Assembly (NCBI RefSeq): GCF_009914755.1
Contig: NC_060933.1
Origin: the human T2T-CHM13v2.0 reference genome, Homo sapiens
Direction: 5' to 3' (one strand)
Length of the DNA stretch: 64,000 bases
Shown piece by piece: positions 58,108 to 64,000 of this stretch; the first letter of the stretch is position 1, and each line of letters starts with the position of its first letter. The notes beneath the pieces were generated by a model, which saw nothing but the letters and a program-made list of their open reading frames with translations, was not told the DNA's origin and ran no database searches. The position numbers and the translations under genes were made by a program.

Positions 58108-58720
58108 TGTCAGCTAGAACTCAGTATTTTAAGGAACAGAAGGCTCAGCTCAATCTGACCTGAACAAGGGAGAGGGAGGGGAATGTGGAGCAGGGAAGAG
58201 CTGGGATTCTTAGCAATTTATTAGCTTCTATAACTGAAAAGTTCAGAAATCTGGCAAGTTCCCAATGTCCCAACTGTCACCAGGTTGAAGTACCTGGTTC
58301 TCCCTGCTCTGACTTCATGGTGTTGGCCTCACCCTCAGTTTTACACTGTGACCTTCAGCAGCTCTTCTCATTATGTTAGCGAAACAGCTATAGCCATTCA
58401 AACCCTCACACCTTCAAGAGAACCTATGGAAGAGAAAGAAAGCCTTTTTTTCCCAGAAGCCCCAGGGAACATCACTTTTGCTTTCATTGGCTCTGATTGG
58501 TTTATTCACCAATTCTGAACCAATCATTGTGGCCAGTAGGTATAGTATGCTAATTGGCTTATGTCAATCAAGACCCATCCCCAGAGCTGGAGGTAGTGAC
58601 AGTCTCACTGGGATTGAGACAGGGAATGGGGTAAGACTGTTTTCTCAAAAAAGATTTAGGGTTCTGCTCCCAGGAAGAGTAGTGGTATAAAATGCCAGCC
58701 ATCAAAGAGCTATGTACTAC
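58108..58720 (-). mobile_element. Old MLT1 (J/K/L-like) LTR
   Basis: aatttattagcttctataactgaaaagttcag..cattggctctgattgg..gaaccaatcattgtggccag. Confidence 0.65.
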
Positions 58721-59208
58721 AAGAGCTGTGAGAAGTGAGAGGATAGAAGAAAGCCACCAAGGAGGAGATAGTGGATAGTCCAGATAAAACACCATAGCAA
58801 TCTGATGCTCACACCTGCCTCTTCAGCTTTTAAAGCATCACCTAAATGATTACAGTGCACTGCTGATGTTCACAGTCACAACCCTGAGACATCTAGGAAA
58901 GATTAAATTATGTTTGATTTACTAAAACAGGGAAGAAGTTAAGGGGTGTTAGAAAGGTTTGTGTATGTTTTAATAAATAACAATGTTTTTAAAAGAACCA
59001 AAACTAAGCCAAATGGAAAGTTATTTTTACCATATGAGGCTTTAAATCTTATATTTTCTTGTACTCAGTCTCGATCTGTACCTCATTAAAGGGTGCCATG
59101 TGTTTGACTGAAATATTTTTAAAAGCTATGTTTTAGCTATGCTCAGTTTCTATCTTAACAAAGGAAGTTTCAATTGTTGACGAAAATGTTGTTTTTGCTT
59201 TTGTCCAG

Positions 59209-59346
59209 AATGCATACACAGCCACAGCTATCAACAGCACCAACTTCTGCACCTCAGCAAAGGATGCCTTTGTCATTCTGGTGGAGAATGCTTTGCGAGT
59301 GGCTACCATCAACACAGTAGGAGATTTTATGTTATTCCTTGGCAAG
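59209..59346 (+). CDS. SLC44A1: SLC44A1 exon 13 (138 nt): [46 protein letters not shown]
   Basis: Acceptor tttttgcttttgtccag|AAT, donor AAG|gtaaaa; conserved NAY..AI...FC.SA..AF and GDF.LFLGK motifs; phase 0-0. Confidence 0.97.
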
Positions 59347-59449
59347 GTAAAACCAAGTATTTTTTCTGCAACATACAGTAAAATTTTGCATATATTTATT
59401 TGCTCTTTTATTTTAAAAATATTCAGGCCACCAAAAAACTAAAAGTAAT

Positions 59450-59950
<501 letters not shown>

Positions 59951-59999
59951 CTCTTTACGTGTTTTGAACTGTAAAGAATTAGGAAATAGTCTTCCTCCA

Positions 60000-60255
60000 G
60001 GTTAGTGGTACTGCAACTGGAGCCTGACTGCCTGGATTTCAGTTCTGACTCTATCACTGATAGTTGTGTGACCTGGGCAGGTTAGATAAGGGAATCACTC
60101 TGTGCCTCAGTTTGCTCATCTGTAAAATTGGAATATAATAGTGCCAAACTCCTAGGGTCATGAGATTAATGCATTGTTAATACATGTAGGGTATCTAGGA
60201 GAGTGCTTGACACATTTTAAGTTCTCAGTGAATGTTAGTTGTCATCATTATTATT
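60000..60255 (+). mobile_element. MIR
   Basis: ctctgtgcctcagtttgctcatctgtaaaattgg. Confidence 0.75.
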
Positions 60256-60904
60256 ACAGTATTATATATAAGCCCCTTCAAAATAGAGCTGTTAGAGAAC
60301 GAGACTTATACTTTCCTTAGAAGTGTCGAACAAGAGGCATTTTATTCTATACTATTAAAATACTGCAAAATATTCAATAACATAATTAGATTTCATTGTA
60401 TCTGAGTATTAAACCATAAAATGCTCAGAAAATTTTTTAAATTGAGGAAAGAGAAAGGCTTATACTACCACCACTATAACTAAATAACTTATTTCTATAT
60501 AATTCTTCCCATTTTTTTTTATCGGCTTGTATTTCTATAGTATAACAATCATAGCATACGTACCTGTTTGTCCCGCCCATTTCTCTTTACATTACATCAT
60601 ATACATTTTCCATCTTGTTTTGATAATCTTCACAATTATTCATTATTACCATGGTAAATATCCACCAAATACTATTTGTAAACATTCTCTTACTATTGAA
60701 CCCTTAGGTTGCTCTAGCCAACTGTATTTTTTAAGTGTTTTTGTAAAGAAAATATGTTTGGCATGGAGAAGTATATATAGCATTGTGTGTGATGAAGTGG
60801 GTCGGGTCTCTACAGCTGATTCAGAATTCACCATCTTTATTTTTGTTTTTGTTTACGTATTTATAATTTATCCCTACAGCTAAGAAAGATATGAAGCAAC
60901 TTAG

Positions 60905-61315
<411 letters not shown>

Positions 61316-61949
61316 TAAGGGAGATACTAAAAGTGGCAATATTTGATGACGATGATTTTAGTAAACTCTGATTAAGATACTTTGGGTACCAGGCAATGAG
61401 TGAAGGGCTTTTGTTAAGTGTTACATTTGGTCCTCCCCTGTAAGGTGAGCTACTAGTATTATCTTTGGTTTTCTCTACTCTAAAGTTTAGAGAAAAATTA
61501 AATTGGCCAAATTTAGAGAACTAGAATGTGGCCGTTCAAACTCAGGTCTGTCTGACTTCTAAGTTATTAATCACTGTGTGCTATAATTGCCTCAGCTGAC
61601 ATTAAATTTGTCCTTGGGCCTTTTTAAAAATTTTTTTAAAAGCCTTTTGACTCAGTAATTCTGAGTCAATGATAAGCCACTCCTGGTAATAGTAACTGCA
61701 ACAAATACAGCATTATTTATATAGTGACCAATTGTAAACAATCTGATGCCTAACAATAGAGAAATGGTTGGGAATAATAGTCAATAGACTGTTATTCACC
61801 TACTAAGCCATGTTTTTTATTAAGAGTTTACAATATGAAGAAATGCATATAATGTAATAAATGAAAAAGCTGAGTAAAACTACTGGGCTTTAGTAGTGTT
61901 TAAAAATGTTTATAAGAAAAAGAATGGAAATGAATATCTCAAGATGTTA

Positions 61950-62378
<429 letters not shown>

Positions 62379-62557
62379 GAGAAGAATATAAAGATGATAA
62401 AACACAATGTTCTAAAATTGGCTTTTTTTAGCAGCCTAGTGACCTGTTAAAACTTTTTATTATATCTTTTTATTCATGTCTTTATAGAGTGTCTACTAGT
62501 AATGTGGTAAGGACTGTTACAGGTCCTGGTTATATACTGATCAATACATAGAATTTA

Positions 62558-62870
<313 letters not shown>

Positions 62871-63597
62871 AAACCTAGTAGAGAAGGCAGTTTTGTATAC
62901 CTCTTTTCACTTGGTGTTACATTATGAGCATTTCTTGTTTTCTTAACACTTTTCTAACTATGGTTATACAACTGTTGTGTCATTTATTTAATCAATCCTC
63001 AGGTTTTCTGTTTTTTACAGTTGAGCTGTGCTCAATTTTTTACTAACCTAAAGCTTGTATTTGTGTGTAAATCTTGCCCACATCAATCTTTATTTCCTGA
63101 GACCAGAATCCTAGAATTAGAATTAATTAGGGTTCTTGATGTGCATTGCCAGATTGCTTTCCAGAAAGATATATTTTTAATAATGTAATATTTATAATAT
63201 TTCAAATGACTTTAAAAACCATAAAAGATAAATACATTTTTTTAATTGAGAAATTCAGAAAAGAGAAAAATAAGAGGAAGAGAAATCTTCTGGGTTTCTA
63301 ACATTTTAATATAAATGTTCTTTAGTTTTTCTTTCCTAAAAATATAGTTCTGGTCATAGAATACAGTAAATCTTTTGAAAAGAGTTTTTCATTACAATTC
63401 AATGGCTGCTAGCATGCAGAATTTGTTTCTAATCAGGTAGTTCAACTAATAGATCATAATAAACATTATAAAACATGATGCCAGAAATGAATTGTTCATA
63501 TACATATCAACTTGAATGAATCTTGAGGGAATTATGCTGAGCGAAAAAATCTAATCCCAGAAGATTAATTCCATTTATATAATAGAAATGACAACAG

Positions 63598-63888
63598 GGC
63601 TGGGCTCTGTGGCTCACGCCTGTAATCCCAACACTTTGGGAGGCCAAGGAGGGTGGATCGCTTGAGCCCAGGAGTCCAAGACCAGCTTGAACAACATGGC
63701 GAAACCCCATCTCTGCAAAAAAATACAAAAATTTTCCTGGCATGGTGGGGTGCGTCTGTATTCCCAGCTACTCGGGAGGCTGAGGTGGGAGAATCGCTTC
63801 AGCCCAGAGGCAGAGGCTTCAGTGAGCCGTGATCACACCGCTGCATTCCAGTCTGGGTGACAGAGCAAGACTCTCAAAAAGAAAAAAA
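63598..63888 (+). mobile_element. AluJ inserted in an L1M 3' end (L1 about 63470-64000)
   Basis: TSD about AAATGACAA; flanks read tgaatcttgagggaattatgctgagcgaaaaaa...ggaaatggagaatggatttgtggtt. Confidence 0.9.
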
Positions 63889-64000
63889 GTAAAATGACAA
63901 GAGTATGGAAATGGAGAATGGATTTGTGGTTAGAGATCGGGTTGAGGAGGAGGGGAAATAGCTGTAAAATAACAAAGTGAAGGGTTCCAGTGATGATGGA

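Noticed and set aside
59133-59345. Antisense ORF overlapping exon 13
   Set aside because: It is a shadow frame of the real exon with no independent support.

Overview
Human genomic DNA from the middle of SLC44A1 (choline transporter-like protein 1, CTL1/CD92) on the + strand. Ten coding exons (exons 4-13 by recalled numbering; 20149-59346) have canonical GT-AG junctions. They splice into 1363 nt of uninterrupted frame, from the last base of K90 to K544 (YVFFLDPCN...GDFMLFLGK). About 98% of the window is intron, containing about 28 Alu/FLAM/FAM elements, old L1/L2/MIR fragments, MaLR/ERVL solo LTRs, DNA-transposon MITEs (MER5, MER20, MER44, MER58) and microsatellites. I see no evidence of a new gene or multi-gene system; the supplied non-exonic ORFs look like repeat-derived or chance frames. 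The most notable signals are: two very young Alu insertions with perfect TSDs (AluYa5, AluYc1-like); a closely spaced inverted Alu pair; candidate Alu-derived poison exons; a duplicated splice donor after exon 5; non-B DNA tracts; and a recurring class of short templated inverted insertions that interrupt repeat consensus sequences. Three of these lesions fall at the same GATC of the Alu left arm, and one creates twin AP-1 sites. Repeat family names and boundaries come from recalled consensus sequences and are approximate.
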